Positions 9,375 to 18,662 of a DNA stretch of 64,000 nucleotides are shown one piece after another. Each line of letters starts with the position of its first letter. The stretch's first letter is position 1. Source of the stretch: Bdellovibrionota bacterium (GTDB taxonomy: Bacteria > Bdellovibrionota_C > UBA2361 > JBIKUX01); the NCBI GenBank assembly GCA_044347345.1, contig JBIKUX010000014.1:1-64000 (forward strand). Direction: 5' to 3'. Both the position numbers and the translations under genes were made by a program. The notes beneath the pieces are model-generated. The model was not told the DNA's origin. It saw only the letters and a program-made list of their open reading frames with translations, and made no database searches.

Positions 9375-10976
9375 CTATTCCTCTATACCAAGTCGACGAA
9401 GATCCTCTGAAGAAGACCTTTTTTTATCACTAAAGCTTCCTCCTTCCATTGGAGCATCTACTTGACCACTCGCTCGAGCAGTATCTAGAGAATCTTCGGA
9501 CTTAGACTTAACTTTTTCAGCCGGTTCAGAGTATGAAATTCGATGATGATAAATTCCAGACAACACTCGACAAAAACACTTTGCTATTTTATGAAGGTCA
9601 GCTAGCGTCAATTCACACTCATTCAGTTGACCACTTGCAAAGACTTTATTGATCATCTTTTGCACCATCCCTTGAATCCTATCACTAGTCGGCTCACTCA
9701 TGGTGCGTGAGGCTGCCTCAATACAATCAGCAAGCATTAAGATACCAGCTTCTCTCGTTTGCGGTCGTGGGCCAGGATAACAGTAATGAGCTTTATCAAC
9801 ATCTTTCCCTTCAGCCTGAGCTTCCTTGAGAGCTTTATCGTAAAAATACTCAATAGGCGAGGTGCCATGATGTTGTTCGATCATGTCCATTATTACTCGT
9901 GGCAAATTGTGCTTACGAGCAAGCTCTAAACCGTCCTTCACATGAGATCGTATGATTAGAGCTGACATTGAAGGACTTAGCTTGTCATGACGATTTTCTC
10001 CTGAAACCTGATTTTCAACAAAGTACAGTGGCTTTCTCATCTTTCCAATATCATGAAAATAAGCTCCAACTCGAGCTAACCATGCATTAGCGCCCACTGA
10101 ATCTGCGGCCGTTTCTGCCATCATTCCCATGATGTTTGAGTGATTCCAAGTACCAGGAGCTTGAATACTTAATTCTTTTAATAAAGGATGATCAAGAGTT
10201 GCTATCTCCATGAGACGCATATCAGTAACAAAGCTACCGAGGTGCTCAACAAGTGGCAGGAGTCCGACAGCAAGCAAAGCAGCAAAAAGAGCCCCGAAAA
10301 TACCAGAAATATACCTAATAGGGAGTTCATCAATTTTTATTTCCGGATTCAAAAATATTGATACAGTCGCAAAAATTAATGAAAGAAGAGAGATGTAAAG
10401 TCCGGCTCGCATAAATACCAAGCGAGATCTAATTCGAACCAAACTGAGAGAAGCAGCGAGAGACGATATTAGGAAATAAATAGCAAGAGTAATATCACCA
10501 TCACCGTACAAAAAAGTAACAAGCCCCGTAGCCGCAGAGTAAACAAAAGCATAACGGAGCCCAAGAATAGCTTGAAGAATCAGACCTCCAGCAGCATAAG
10601 GAATAATAAAGTGCAAAGAACTTGTTGAAATAGCTTGGTATAATCTGTGCTTAATTACATAATCAGCAAGAGAAAAGCTAACAATCGTACCGAACCAGCC
10701 TATTACCAAAAAAACGCTGGTAATAATTAAACCAGCTACCACATCTCTCAGTCCACGATAACCACTTTGAGATACTTCAAATGCCGTTCCTATAAGACCG
10801 ATAACGTATAATGAACAAAACATAGTGACAATACGACCCGCCACGGCAGAAATTTCCGAAGCTTCCACCAACCCATGGAAAAGCCATTCGGCTATTAAAG
10901 ACACTCCAGCGGCGTACGCTAATTCGTGCGAAACTTTTAATTTTTCACTCAAATTTGAAAAAATGCCTGATTTCAT
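9375..10976 (-). CDS. 7TM-HD (HDIG) phosphohydrolase, PgpH/YqfF-like c-di-AMP phosphodiesterase family
   Basis: About 7 TM helices, then APGTWNHS, GAYFHDIGKM, FVENQ, QHHGT, YPGPRPQTREAGILMLAD; conserved phoH-HD-ybeY context. Confidence 0.92.
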   Translation of the reverse strand: MKSGIFSNLSEKLKVSHELAYAAGVSLIAEWLFHGLVEASEISAVAGRIVTMFCSLYVIGLIGTAFEVSQSGYRGLRDVVAGLIITSVFLVIGWFGTIVSFSLADYVIKHRLYQAISTSSLHFIIPYAAGGLILQAILGLRYAFVYSAATGLVTFLYGDGDITLAIYFLISSLAASLSLVRIRSRLVFMRAGLYISLLSLIFATVSIFLNPEIKIDELPIRYISGIFGALFAALLAVGLLPLVEHLGSFVTDMRLMEIATLDHPLLKELSIQAPGTWNHSNIMGMMAETAADSVGANAWLARVGAYFHDIGKMRKPLYFVENQVSGENRHDKLSPSMSALIIRSHVKDGLELARKHNLPRVIMDMIEQHHGTSPIEYFYDKALKEAQAEGKDVDKAHYCYPGPRPQTREAGILMLADCIEAASRTMSEPTSDRIQGMVQKMINKVFASGQLNECELTLADLHKIAKCFCRVLSGIYHHRISYSEPAEKVKSKSEDSLDTARASGQVDAPMEGGSFSDKKRSSSEDLRRLGIEE

Positions 10977-11010
10977 CGAATACAGGGAGATTTTACCTCC
11001 CTTACCTTAA

Positions 11011-11997
11011 TTAGTGGCTGGTCATCTTCTCATATGCATGCACTATCCGTGCCACTAAAGGATGTCTAATTACATCCTCTGTTCCAAATCGCACCACCGA
11101 TATCCCACTTACTCCTTCCAGCAATGTAACTGCCTCTTGCAAACCCGACCGCACACCTGAAGGTAGATCAACTTGAGTAGGATCTCCTGTTATTATGTAT
11201 TTTGAGTTAAATCCCAGTCTAGTAAGACACATTTTCATCTGCATTGAGGTTGTATTTTGAGCTTCATCTAATATGACAAATGCTGAACGAAGAGTTCTTC
11301 CACGCATAAAAGCAAGAGGTGCTACTTCAATGGTTCCCTTTTCTATCAATTCTTGAGCTTTATCTGGATCAACCATATCGTAAAGAGCGTCATACAATGG
11401 GCGAAGATATGGATTAACTTTCTCTGCCATATCGCCCGGTAAAAAACCGAGACGCTCTCCTGCTTCAACGGCTGGACGGGCTAAAATTATCCGCTTTACA
11501 TCCTTACGAAGTAAAGCGGCTACGGCTGTGGCCATAGCAAGATAAGTTTTACCTGTGCCGGCTGGGCCAATACCAAATACGATATCGTTATTGCCGATAG
11601 CTTCTATGTATTGACGCTGATTAACAGTTTTTGGAGATATTGAGGCTTTTTTCCCGGCAATTCGCACCGATTCACGTAACATTTCCGTCAATCTAACTTT
11701 ACGATTAGCAGATAACATCGCAATCCCACGCTCTATATCACCGGGGAAAATTTGTTCTCCTAATCCTAAAACTTCAGCAAATTGCCTAAGAACATCTACT
11801 GCCAAATCAACTGCCGCATCCTGACCTTTTACAGTAAGCTCCAGAGGAGTCTTACCAATCTCTACCTCGAGTTCTCTTTCAATAATTCGCAAGTTTTCAT
11901 CTGTAGCTCCTGCAAGAAGCTGCATTATCTCAAGATATTGTACCGAAAAAGAAACTTCTTTAAAATTTCCGCGTGGATAGCTCCCTTTACTTCCCAA
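11011..11997 (-). CDS. PhoH-family ATPase (YbeZ-like)
   Basis: GPAGTGKTYLA, RPAVEAGERLGFLPGD, APLAFMRGRT, ILDEAQN; TTG start after an AGGAGG SD. Confidence 0.96.
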   Translation of the reverse strand: MGSKGSYPRGNFKEVSFSVQYLEIMQLLAGATDENLRIIERELEVEIGKTPLELTVKGQDAAVDLAVDVLRQFAEVLGLGEQIFPGDIERGIAMLSANRKVRLTEMLRESVRIAGKKASISPKTVNQRQYIEAIGNNDIVFGIGPAGTGKTYLAMATAVAALLRKDVKRIILARPAVEAGERLGFLPGDMAEKVNPYLRPLYDALYDMVDPDKAQELIEKGTIEVAPLAFMRGRTLRSAFVILDEAQNTTSMQMKMCLTRLGFNSKYIITGDPTQVDLPSGVRSGLQEAVTLLEGVSGISVVRFGTEDVIRHPLVARIVHAYEKMTSH

Positions 11998-12057
11998 GGT
12001 GCACTCCTCCTTTATACTCCCTGAGTCTTTACTTTAGCGCGGCTGAGCAAAACATCC

Positions 12058-12087
12058 TACTATGAAATTTAAGTAAATTTCATAGTA
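12058..12087. promoter_or_regulatory. Perfect 13-bp inverted repeat upstream of the phoH-like gene (operator or hairpin)
   Basis: TACTATGAAATTT-AAGT-AAATTTCATAGTA. Confidence 0.55.
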
Positions 12088-12244
12088 ATGTGTAAAATTC
12101 TCTTTAAACCACTGATTTAGCGATATTTTTAATTTATATATTAATCTTGAAACGAAAAGTCCTCATCAGTCTTTTCAATATCTTATACTTACCCCTAGGC
12201 GTTTGTCCTCTCTGATAGCTCTTTTCTATCGTCGCTAAGATGCT

Positions 12245-12438
12245 ACGGTATAGCTCAATCAGAAGAAGGGATATACAGAAACCAGCCGCCGAGCACAACA
12301 CGCAACAGGGTTAGAATGAAAAAAAGAGCAGATAATAAAACAGTAAAAGACGACCAAGTTACCTCAGGTCACTCTGTATCTTTAAAATCTTTAAGAACCC
12401 TCCCAAAGACGGTAGATACTAAAACAAACTATACCGTC
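12245..12438 (-). ncRNA. Candidate structured RNA (~195 nt, long 5'-3' paired hairpin; family unassigned)
   Basis: Nested complementary blocks with G-U pairs on the minus strand: ACGGUAUAGUUUG/UGAGCUAUACCGU, GGGAGGG/CCCUUCU, AUACAGAG/UUCUGUAU, GGUCGUC/GGCGGCU. Confidence 0.4.
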
Positions 12439-12461
12439 GACATTTACATCGGTCGCAATGA

Positions 12462-13859
12462 TTACGCCGGCATAGATAACTCAAGCAAAACTCTTCTTAA
12501 AGCATCTAACGCGGTATATGCCGCAAATGTCCTTGTTCTATCTCTATCCGCTGGAAAAAATCGACTTAAAACTATCTCTTCATTTGGACCACTGAGCGCA
12601 ACAAAAAAAGTACCTACCGGTTTTGGTGGTGTTCCTCCACTTGGACCAGCAATTCCTGTGATGGAAAGCCCCCATACCTCCTTAGGATTCGTTATTTCAG
12701 AGGATGAGGAATCTCCGGAATAAAGAGTATCGGGGTAGAAATTATCACTTCTCTGATCACTTCCCTGATCACTTCCCTGATCACTTCCCTGATCACTTCC
12801 CTGCACAGCTTCAATTTTTTTTTGCATTAGCAGAGATGTTGCACGATTGCGTATACATTGCGCTAGGGCAGTAGCACATTCAGCACTTACGGCTCCATAC
12901 TCATTAAGTATCTCTGAACTGACTTCAATAATTCCAGTTTTCCACCTATTATCATAAGCAACAATACCACCGTGAAATATCTCTGAAGCTCCTGCAAAGG
13001 CCGTAATAAGAGATGACAATAAACCACCTGTACAAGACTCAGCTACAGCAACAGTACCATTCCGTTTTTTTAAAGCTGAATGCACTACTTCAACTAACGA
13101 GATGTTTGGGTCAGTGCTAATTATGTAATCCTGACCAACGCGCTTGGAAATCTCTTCAACTAGGGAAAGAGGGATTAACGAGCGAGAAGTAAGTTGTAGA
13201 TGTACCTCTGGAAAGGCTGCGCGAAAGGATAACTGTATGTCTGAGGGGATTTCGAGAGTAGCAATCCTTTGTTGAACCTCGGATTCAGGAAGACCAAAAA
13301 GACGCCAAAAAAATTCATTAATTGGTGAACCTGCAATACCACGAGCATGAAGCTCAGGTACTACCGACTGTTCCATCATGGCGTAAAGCTCACGAGGCAC
13401 TCCAGGAAGAGAGCAGATAATATTTTCATTCTTCCGTAAAATAAATCCAGAAGCTGAGCCAACTGGATTTGGTATCACGCTACTATGCTCAGGGATCAAT
13501 GCTTGCTGACGAACTAAACCTTCACAAGACCGCCCACGAGCAGTATACCAGCTCATCAAATTACTAAGTGCTATTTTGTTTTCAACAAGTTCCTGATTAC
13601 AAAAAGCAGCGACAGCTTGCCGAGTAATGTCGTCACTTGTTGGCCCTATTCCACCAGTTATGATTATAAGAGAGGCACGTTTTTCCAGATATTCAAGCGA
13701 TTCTAGAATCTCATCTAATTTATCATCGCAAGACAGCGAGTATTTTACTGGAATACCAACTTTTTTTAGTAATTTTCCTAAATATTGTGAGTTACTATTT
13801 AGAATCCTACCATCTATAACTTCCGATCCGACTGTTAAAAGCGCACTTGTTCTTGCCAC
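12462..13859 (-). CDS. cinA: CinA-like protein (MocF pyrophosphatase domain + PncC NMN deamidase) with repeat insertion
   Basis: VGSEVIDGRILNSN, TGGIGPTSDDIT, LPGVPRE, AVAESCTGG, YGAVSAE, SITGIAGPSGG. Confidence 0.93.
   Translation of the reverse strand: MARTSALLTVGSEVIDGRILNSNSQYLGKLLKKVGIPVKYSLSCDDKLDEILESLEYLEKRASLIIITGGIGPTSDDITRQAVAAFCNQELVENKIALSNLMSWYTARGRSCEGLVRQQALIPEHSSVIPNPVGSASGFILRKNENIICSLPGVPRELYAMMEQSVVPELHARGIAGSPINEFFWRLFGLPESEVQQRIATLEIPSDIQLSFRAAFPEVHLQLTSRSLIPLSLVEEISKRVGQDYIISTDPNISLVEVVHSALKKRNGTVAVAESCTGGLLSSLITAFAGASEIFHGGIVAYDNRWKTGIIEVSSEILNEYGAVSAECATALAQCIRNRATSLLMQKKIEAVQGSDQGSDQGSDQGSDQRSDNFYPDTLYSGDSSSSEITNPKEVWGLSITGIAGPSGGTPPKPVGTFFVALSGPNEEIVLSRFFPADRDRTRTFAAYTALDALRRVLLELSMPA
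12744..12803. repeat. 12-bp tandem repeat x5 in cinA (QGSD)n
   Basis: ATCACTTC(T/C)CTG x5. Confidence 0.97.
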
Positions 13860-13894
13860 AAAAAGATTCTTTCAAAAATCAAAGTTGATAAAAG

Positions 13895-15358
13895 TTAAGA
13901 AGTAGCTTCCGGAATATCCAATTTTGCCAGAGCATGATGCTGCTCCTCAAGCTCACGCAACTGAGCGACCAAGATATCTTTAGGAATTAAATTTTCTTCC
14001 TCAACCATAAACAGAGGAGTCGATTTAAATGGGTCAACATATTTTCCGTTATCATACAAACTAAAATGCAAATGAGGTCCTGTACTTCGCCCTGTCATCC
14101 CAACTCGTCCAATCTGGTCACCGCGAGAAACCCGCATCCCAGGCCTTAATCCGCGCTCCACTTGAGAAAGGTGAAGATAGGCTGTGGTAAAACGCTCAGA
14201 ATGCTTAATTTTTACCGTAATCCCTCCAGCTCCGTTATAACCAGAATGAGTTATTATACCATCACCTACACTTCGAACTGGCGTACCTATAGGTGCAGCA
14301 AAGTCCACACCGTTGTGAGGGCGCCAACGCTGAAGAACTGGATGAAATCTAGAATCTGAAAAAACTGAGGAAATTCGCGAAAATTTAAGAGGATAGCGGA
14401 GGAACCCTGCACCACCCGTCTTACCTTTCTCATCAAAGTATCTCGCTTTACCATCTCGACCAACGTGTCGCACAGCTACTTGTAATTTACCACCGCTTCG
14501 CATAGATGCAGCTAAAATCGGCCCCACAGAAGAAACTCTGCCAAGCGCATCTGTGGATTGAGAATACACAATGGAGAAAGAATCACCCCTTTGTAAGTCG
14601 CGGCGAAAATCAATTCTATCACTAAAAAGATCGACAAAATCATCTATTATTTCGTAAGGAATCTCCTGTTGAGCAGCCGCAGAAGCTAAGGACGAAAATA
14701 TGATGCCAGCAGAGCGGTATTCACGAGTTACAGGCTGAAGATTTAACTCCTGTCGCACGAAACGATTATTCCTTAAGCGTTTCGCTACAATCGCACCACC
14801 CGTTACCAGCGGCCTTCTAACTTCCAGAATCTCATTAGTAAAGCTGGATCTGATGAATTCGATTAATTCACCTTCCTTAAGTACAGACTTTTCAGCACCG
14901 GTCACAAGCAACAGATGCGCAACTTCGCTTGCTACTTGTGATGAAAGCCCACGTTGTGAAAACAATCGAATCGGGGACTCACCCTCTCGCACTGTAACTA
15001 CATCTTTGCGAATGCCACTAACGCGACTGAGCTCCGGCAACTGAGTGCTAGGAAGAAAATTACTATTTTGAGCTATCATGTCCTGCTTAACGCGCAAGCC
15101 TGACTCAAGAAAATCTAAGTCATGAACAGAGATTCTTTGCAAAGCAGCCGATTTTTTATCATCCACCGAATCCAAACCCTTGTAATGTGGCAGAGCGGAT
15201 GATTGTTGTGAGAATGATTTGTTAGCCTTTGACATGTATGACAAAGGCATCCTGCGATGAATTGGTGAAGTAGTGCCTACCCCAACTACTGCTACCGCTT
15301 GAGCGACGAGAGCAGTAAGAAGTAAGTTACTGCCTTTAAAAAAATAATTTGAAACCAT
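13895..15358 (-). CDS. M23 peptidoglycan DD-endopeptidase (MepM/Csd3-like)
   Basis: IDFRRDLQRGDSF, RFHPVL, HNGVDFAAPIGTPV, YLHL, STGPHLHF; start uncertain (ATG 15358 chosen). Confidence 0.92.
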   Translation of the reverse strand: MVSNYFFKGSNLLLTALVAQAVAVVGVGTTSPIHRRMPLSYMSKANKSFSQQSSALPHYKGLDSVDDKKSAALQRISVHDLDFLESGLRVKQDMIAQNSNFLPSTQLPELSRVSGIRKDVVTVREGESPIRLFSQRGLSSQVASEVAHLLLVTGAEKSVLKEGELIEFIRSSFTNEILEVRRPLVTGGAIVAKRLRNNRFVRQELNLQPVTREYRSAGIIFSSLASAAAQQEIPYEIIDDFVDLFSDRIDFRRDLQRGDSFSIVYSQSTDALGRVSSVGPILAASMRSGGKLQVAVRHVGRDGKARYFDEKGKTGGAGFLRYPLKFSRISSVFSDSRFHPVLQRWRPHNGVDFAAPIGTPVRSVGDGIITHSGYNGAGGITVKIKHSERFTTAYLHLSQVERGLRPGMRVSRGDQIGRVGMTGRSTGPHLHFSLYDNGKYVDPFKSTPLFMVEEENLIPKDILVAQLRELEEQHHALAKLDIPEATS

Positions 15359-15494
15359 AACATTCTTTCTGGTCTCTCCTTGAACATTCAGCAAAGAAGC
15401 TTTTAGTCTTCTTTGTAACTTCGCGAGAGAACGTTTTAGCAGAAAAATATCTGCGCTAACAAAATGTCTCCTCAAAAAATCGAAGAAACACCAG

Positions 15495-15520
15495 ACTACA
15501 ATTTTTAACTACAATTTTTA
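15495..15520. repeat. 13-bp direct repeat x2 in a divergent intergenic region
   Basis: ACTACAATTTTTA ACTACAATTTTTA. Confidence 0.85.
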
Positions 15521-15729
15521 ACCATCGGTAAATTTTGATATCCAAAAATTGCCGAAGACCATCATGTATATCATTTGATGCAATTTAGGCCAACCCAAGG
15601 ATCGAATTTGAATTAATGTTTTAATGTCACAAACAATTTTCTAAAAATTGGTGTAAATTGAAAATTCCCTGGCGTTGGTCATCTATGCTAGCCTATCCTA
15701 AGCGCGATATTTAGGGATAAAATATAGTC

Positions 15730-16740
15730 GTGGATTCTAGTCCTGAAGCAGTTTTAGTTGTTGGTGGTGCCGGATATATCGGAAGTCACGCTGCTCTCAC
15801 ACTGAAGCGACAAGGCTTTCTACCTGTACTTTTTGATAATTTCTTTAGAGGAAACCGCTTTGTTTCAGAAGAGGTATCATGCCCACTGGTTGAGGGCTCC
15901 ATAAATGATTCAGCGACCCTCTTGGCTATTTTTGAAAGATGGAAACCTATAGCGGTTATGCATTTTGCCGCAAAAGCCTATGTAGGAGAGTCTGTATCAG
16001 CACCTCTTCCCTACTATGAGACCAATGTGGGGGGTCTTATAACCTTGCTAAGCGCCATGCGAACTAAAGGTATAAGGCGTTTAATTTTTTCTTCTACTTG
16101 CGCTACATACGGGTGTCCTTCAACCACGCCCATCTCAGAAAACACCCCACAACTACCAATTAATCCGTACGGCCGTTCAAAATTAATGGCAGAAGAAATT
16201 ATAGCCGATGCTTGCGCTTCTTCAGATCTTAAGGCGGTAGTATTTCGCTACTTCAATGCTGCAGGAGCAGACCATTCAGGGCGCATTGGTGAGCTACATC
16301 GCCCAGAAACACATCTCATCCCTTTAGCGTTTAAGGCAGTTGCCCACGGAGTGCCGCTAGTTATTTTCGGTAATGATTATCCAACTAAAGACGGCACATG
16401 TGTTCGCGATTATATTCATGTAAATGATATTGCTGAAGCTCATACTTTAGGCCTTCAACATCTTTTAACTGGTGGCAATTCTCTGACCGTCAATCTAGGA
16501 CACGGTAGTGGTTATTCCATAATTGATGTTCTTAAAATGGTAGCAGCAGTAACAGGCAAACCTGTGCCAACAAAAATAGGAAAAAGACGACCGGGCGATC
16601 CTCCAATTTTAATTGCCGATGCTTCTCGAGCCTATAAATTTTTAGGTTGGTCTCCAACTCAATCAGATTTGCGCACCATAGTCGAGTCAGCATGGAACTG
16701 GCATCAATCTGAAATAGGGCAAGAAGGAATAATACCTTAA
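15730..16740 (+). CDS. galE: UDP-glucose 4-epimerase
   Basis: GGAGYIGSH, FSSTCATYG, YGRSK, RYFNAAGA, DGTCVRDYIHV. Confidence 0.96.
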   Translation: MDSSPEAVLVVGGAGYIGSHAALTLKRQGFLPVLFDNFFRGNRFVSEEVSCPLVEGSINDSATLLAIFERWKPIAVMHFAAKAYVGESVSAPLPYYETNVGGLITLLSAMRTKGIRRLIFSSTCATYGCPSTTPISENTPQLPINPYGRSKLMAEEIIADACASSDLKAVVFRYFNAAGADHSGRIGELHRPETHLIPLAFKAVAHGVPLVIFGNDYPTKDGTCVRDYIHVNDIAEAHTLGLQHLLTGGNSLTVNLGHGSGYSIIDVLKMVAAVTGKPVPTKIGKRRPGDPPILIADASRAYKFLGWSPTQSDLRTIVESAWNWHQSEIGQEGIIP

Positions 16741-16789
16741 ATAGCGAACTAAACTTCTGATATTATTATAACCTGTAGACAGCAAAATT

Positions 16790-17422
16790 ATGCATGGTAA
16801 GTCTTCGGTAATATCCATTCCCAGACTGGCTCTATCATCCCTCGCACACCCTGCGCCAGAAGTTGCACCAAATCTTCTTGGATGTATCCTTGTATCCTCT
16901 ACTACAAATGGCGTTATAACAGCCGGTATGATTACTGAAACCGAGGCTTATGGCGGCCCAAACGATGAGGCCAGTCATGGTTTTCGTGGCAAGACTCTGA
17001 GAAATAGATCGTTTTTTCTCCCCTACGGTCACTTTTATGTATATCGTAGTTACGGAATTCACTACTGCGTAAATATAACAACAGGGCATGACGATGGTGG
17101 TGCCCCAAAGACATATGCTGAAGGAGTGCTCGTTAGAGCATTACTACCTTTAGACGGCATTAAAACCATGCGCCGTCGTAGGGGTAAAGACCAAACTTTT
17201 CCTGCGTCAAAACTAACAGCCGGGCCGGGTATGGTAACACAAGCTCTTGGTATTTCTATTGAGCAAGACGGACTGCCTTTAAAAAATGCTACCAATGTAT
17301 GGGTTACTCAGCCCATCAAAGTATTTATCAAAGATGACATCTCTATCACCACACGCATAGGAATTACAAAATCTAAAGAACTTAACTGGCGCTTTCGTTT
17401 AAAAGATATGTCTAGCAATTAA
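16790..17422 (+). CDS. mpg: 3-methyladenine DNA glycosylase (AAG/MPG family)
   Basis: GMITETEAY, DEASH, YVYRSYGIHYCVN, GVLVRAL, GPGMVTQALGI, RIGIT. Confidence 0.95.
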   Translation: MHGKSSVISIPRLALSSLAHPAPEVAPNLLGCILVSSTTNGVITAGMITETEAYGGPNDEASHGFRGKTLRNRSFFLPYGHFYVYRSYGIHYCVNITTGHDDGGAPKTYAEGVLVRALLPLDGIKTMRRRRGKDQTFPASKLTAGPGMVTQALGISIEQDGLPLKNATNVWVTQPIKVFIKDDISITTRIGITKSKELNWRFRLKDMSSN

Positions 17423-17560
17423 GACATGAAACATTTAACTTAAGCCTATTTACAAAATTTTTTGGCCAACCAAGGAGGTTACTTGCAATCGTTTCCTCCA
17501 AAGTGTACTGAAAAGACATTAAAATTAACAAATTTTTTTCTAACCGATTAGAGAGTTATT

Positions 17561-17824
17561 ATGCTGGAAACTAGTAGAGACTGTAGCCGCAGCGGCACGG
17601 ACCTGAACGGCACAGGCCAGAACGGCACAGGCCAGAACGGCACAGGCCAGAACGGCATGGACCCGAACGGCATGGAAGGCCCGACGCGAGAGCAGATCGT
17701 GTCTTATCAAAAGAAAACCTATAATGAAGTTCCAACACAAGCATCATCAGCAAAAACCTATACCGAAACCGATGCCCAGATATACTTCGGTGATACCAAA
17801 CTACCAGACGGCTATGGAGCTTAA
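17561..17824 (+). CDS. Small hypothetical protein with NGTGQ repeats
   Basis: 87-aa ORF with AGAG upstream of ATG; ends 6 bp before wzm on the same strand. Confidence 0.55.
   Translation: MLETSRDCSRSGTDLNGTGQNGTGQNGTGQNGMDPNGMEGPTREQIVSYQKKTYNEVPTQASSAKTYTETDAQIYFGDTKLPDGYGA
17591..17680 (+). repeat. GC-rich 15-bp tandem repeat x6 (3 exact AACGGCACAGGCCAG)
   Basis: Encodes SGTDL-NGTGQ-NGTGQ-NGTGQ-NGMDP-NGMEG. Confidence 0.95.
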
Positions 17825-17830
17825 AAAAAC

Positions 17831-18631
17831 ATGATAGCTGCTGTCACCTTTATCCCAGATTTTTTTGTTCAGTTATTTCTTTACAGGGGGTATCTTTGCC
17901 AGTCAGTTATCAGAGACCTTAGAACTAAGTATAAGCGGTCTATGCTTGGTTACCTTTGGACTATGCTCCATCCGCTTGGAATGATGGTGATTTTAGCTGT
18001 AGTGTTCGCTGGAATTATGCGAATACCGGTTAGAGACTATTCTATTTTTCTTTTTTGCGGCATGCTTCCATTTAATTTTTTTTCAAGCACAGCATTAATG
18101 TCCTTAGGAAGCATAAGAGCAAATGCTAGATTGTTCGGACAAGTGCCAGTACCGAAATATATTTTCGTTCTGTCCATAACTTTTTCAAATCTTTTTAATT
18201 TTATTGTAGCTTTAGTTCCGCTACTTATTCTGATGTTGATATTAGAAAGGCCAATTCCCATTACTGCTTTAACTTTTCCAATAATGATGATTCCTATTGT
18301 TTGTATTACAATCGGAGTCTCTTTGATTCTTGCTACTAGCAACGTTTTTTTTGAAGACACCCTTCACCTATCAGAAGTAGGAATGCAAGCTATTTACTTT
18401 TTATCACCAGTGCTATACCGCAGGGAGGATCTTCCTCAATGGCTTGTTGATATCTTAGTAATATCTAATCCACTGTTTAATCAGATAGAGTTTTTTAGGG
18501 ATATTTTTTTCTCAGGTGTTCTCCCCGATCCGAAATTATTTGCAATCAACCTTGCTTCCTCTTTAGTGGTCTTGGCTCTAGGTTTGTGGATATTTAAAAG
18601 GTCTGAGGACAAATTTCTTTACTTTGTCTAG
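17831..18631 (+). CDS. wzm: ABC-2 polysaccharide export permease (Wzm/TagG)
   Basis: RDLRTKYKRSMLGYLWTMLHPL, FLFCGMLPF, YFLSPVLY, NPL; about 6 TM. Confidence 0.92.
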   Translation: MIAAVTFIPDFFVQLFLYRGYLCQSVIRDLRTKYKRSMLGYLWTMLHPLGMMVILAVVFAGIMRIPVRDYSIFLFCGMLPFNFFSSTALMSLGSIRANARLFGQVPVPKYIFVLSITFSNLFNFIVALVPLLILMLILERPIPITALTFPIMMIPIVCITIGVSLILATSNVFFEDTLHLSEVGMQAIYFLSPVLYRREDLPQWLVDILVISNPLFNQIEFFRDIFFSGVLPDPKLFAINLASSLVVLALGLWIFKRSEDKFLYFV

Positions 18632-18662
18632 TTAAAATAATCAGACCTCGAGGAAAACTTTT

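Noticed and set aside
12145-12175. CUGAUGA on the minus strand suggesting a hammerhead ribozyme
   Set aside because: No GAAA after the putative stem II, and no stems I/III with an NUH site.
12247-12320. GGTATAGCTCAATC resembling a tRNA 5' end and D-arm
   Set aside because: No anticodon arm, T-loop (GTTCGA) or acceptor 3' strand follows.
12316-12723. 135-aa plus-strand ORF
   Set aside because: Mostly antisense to the cinA 3' end and has no recognisable domain.
17591-17680. Repeat array as CRISPR
   Set aside because: 15-bp units are directly adjacent with no spacers, they are in frame in an ORF, and no cas genes are present.
17540-17753. Cys-rich antisense ORFs (AVLAC and CRSGL repeats) as RiPP precursors
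   Set aside because: They are alternative frames of the 15-bp repeat, and no modifying enzymes are nearby.
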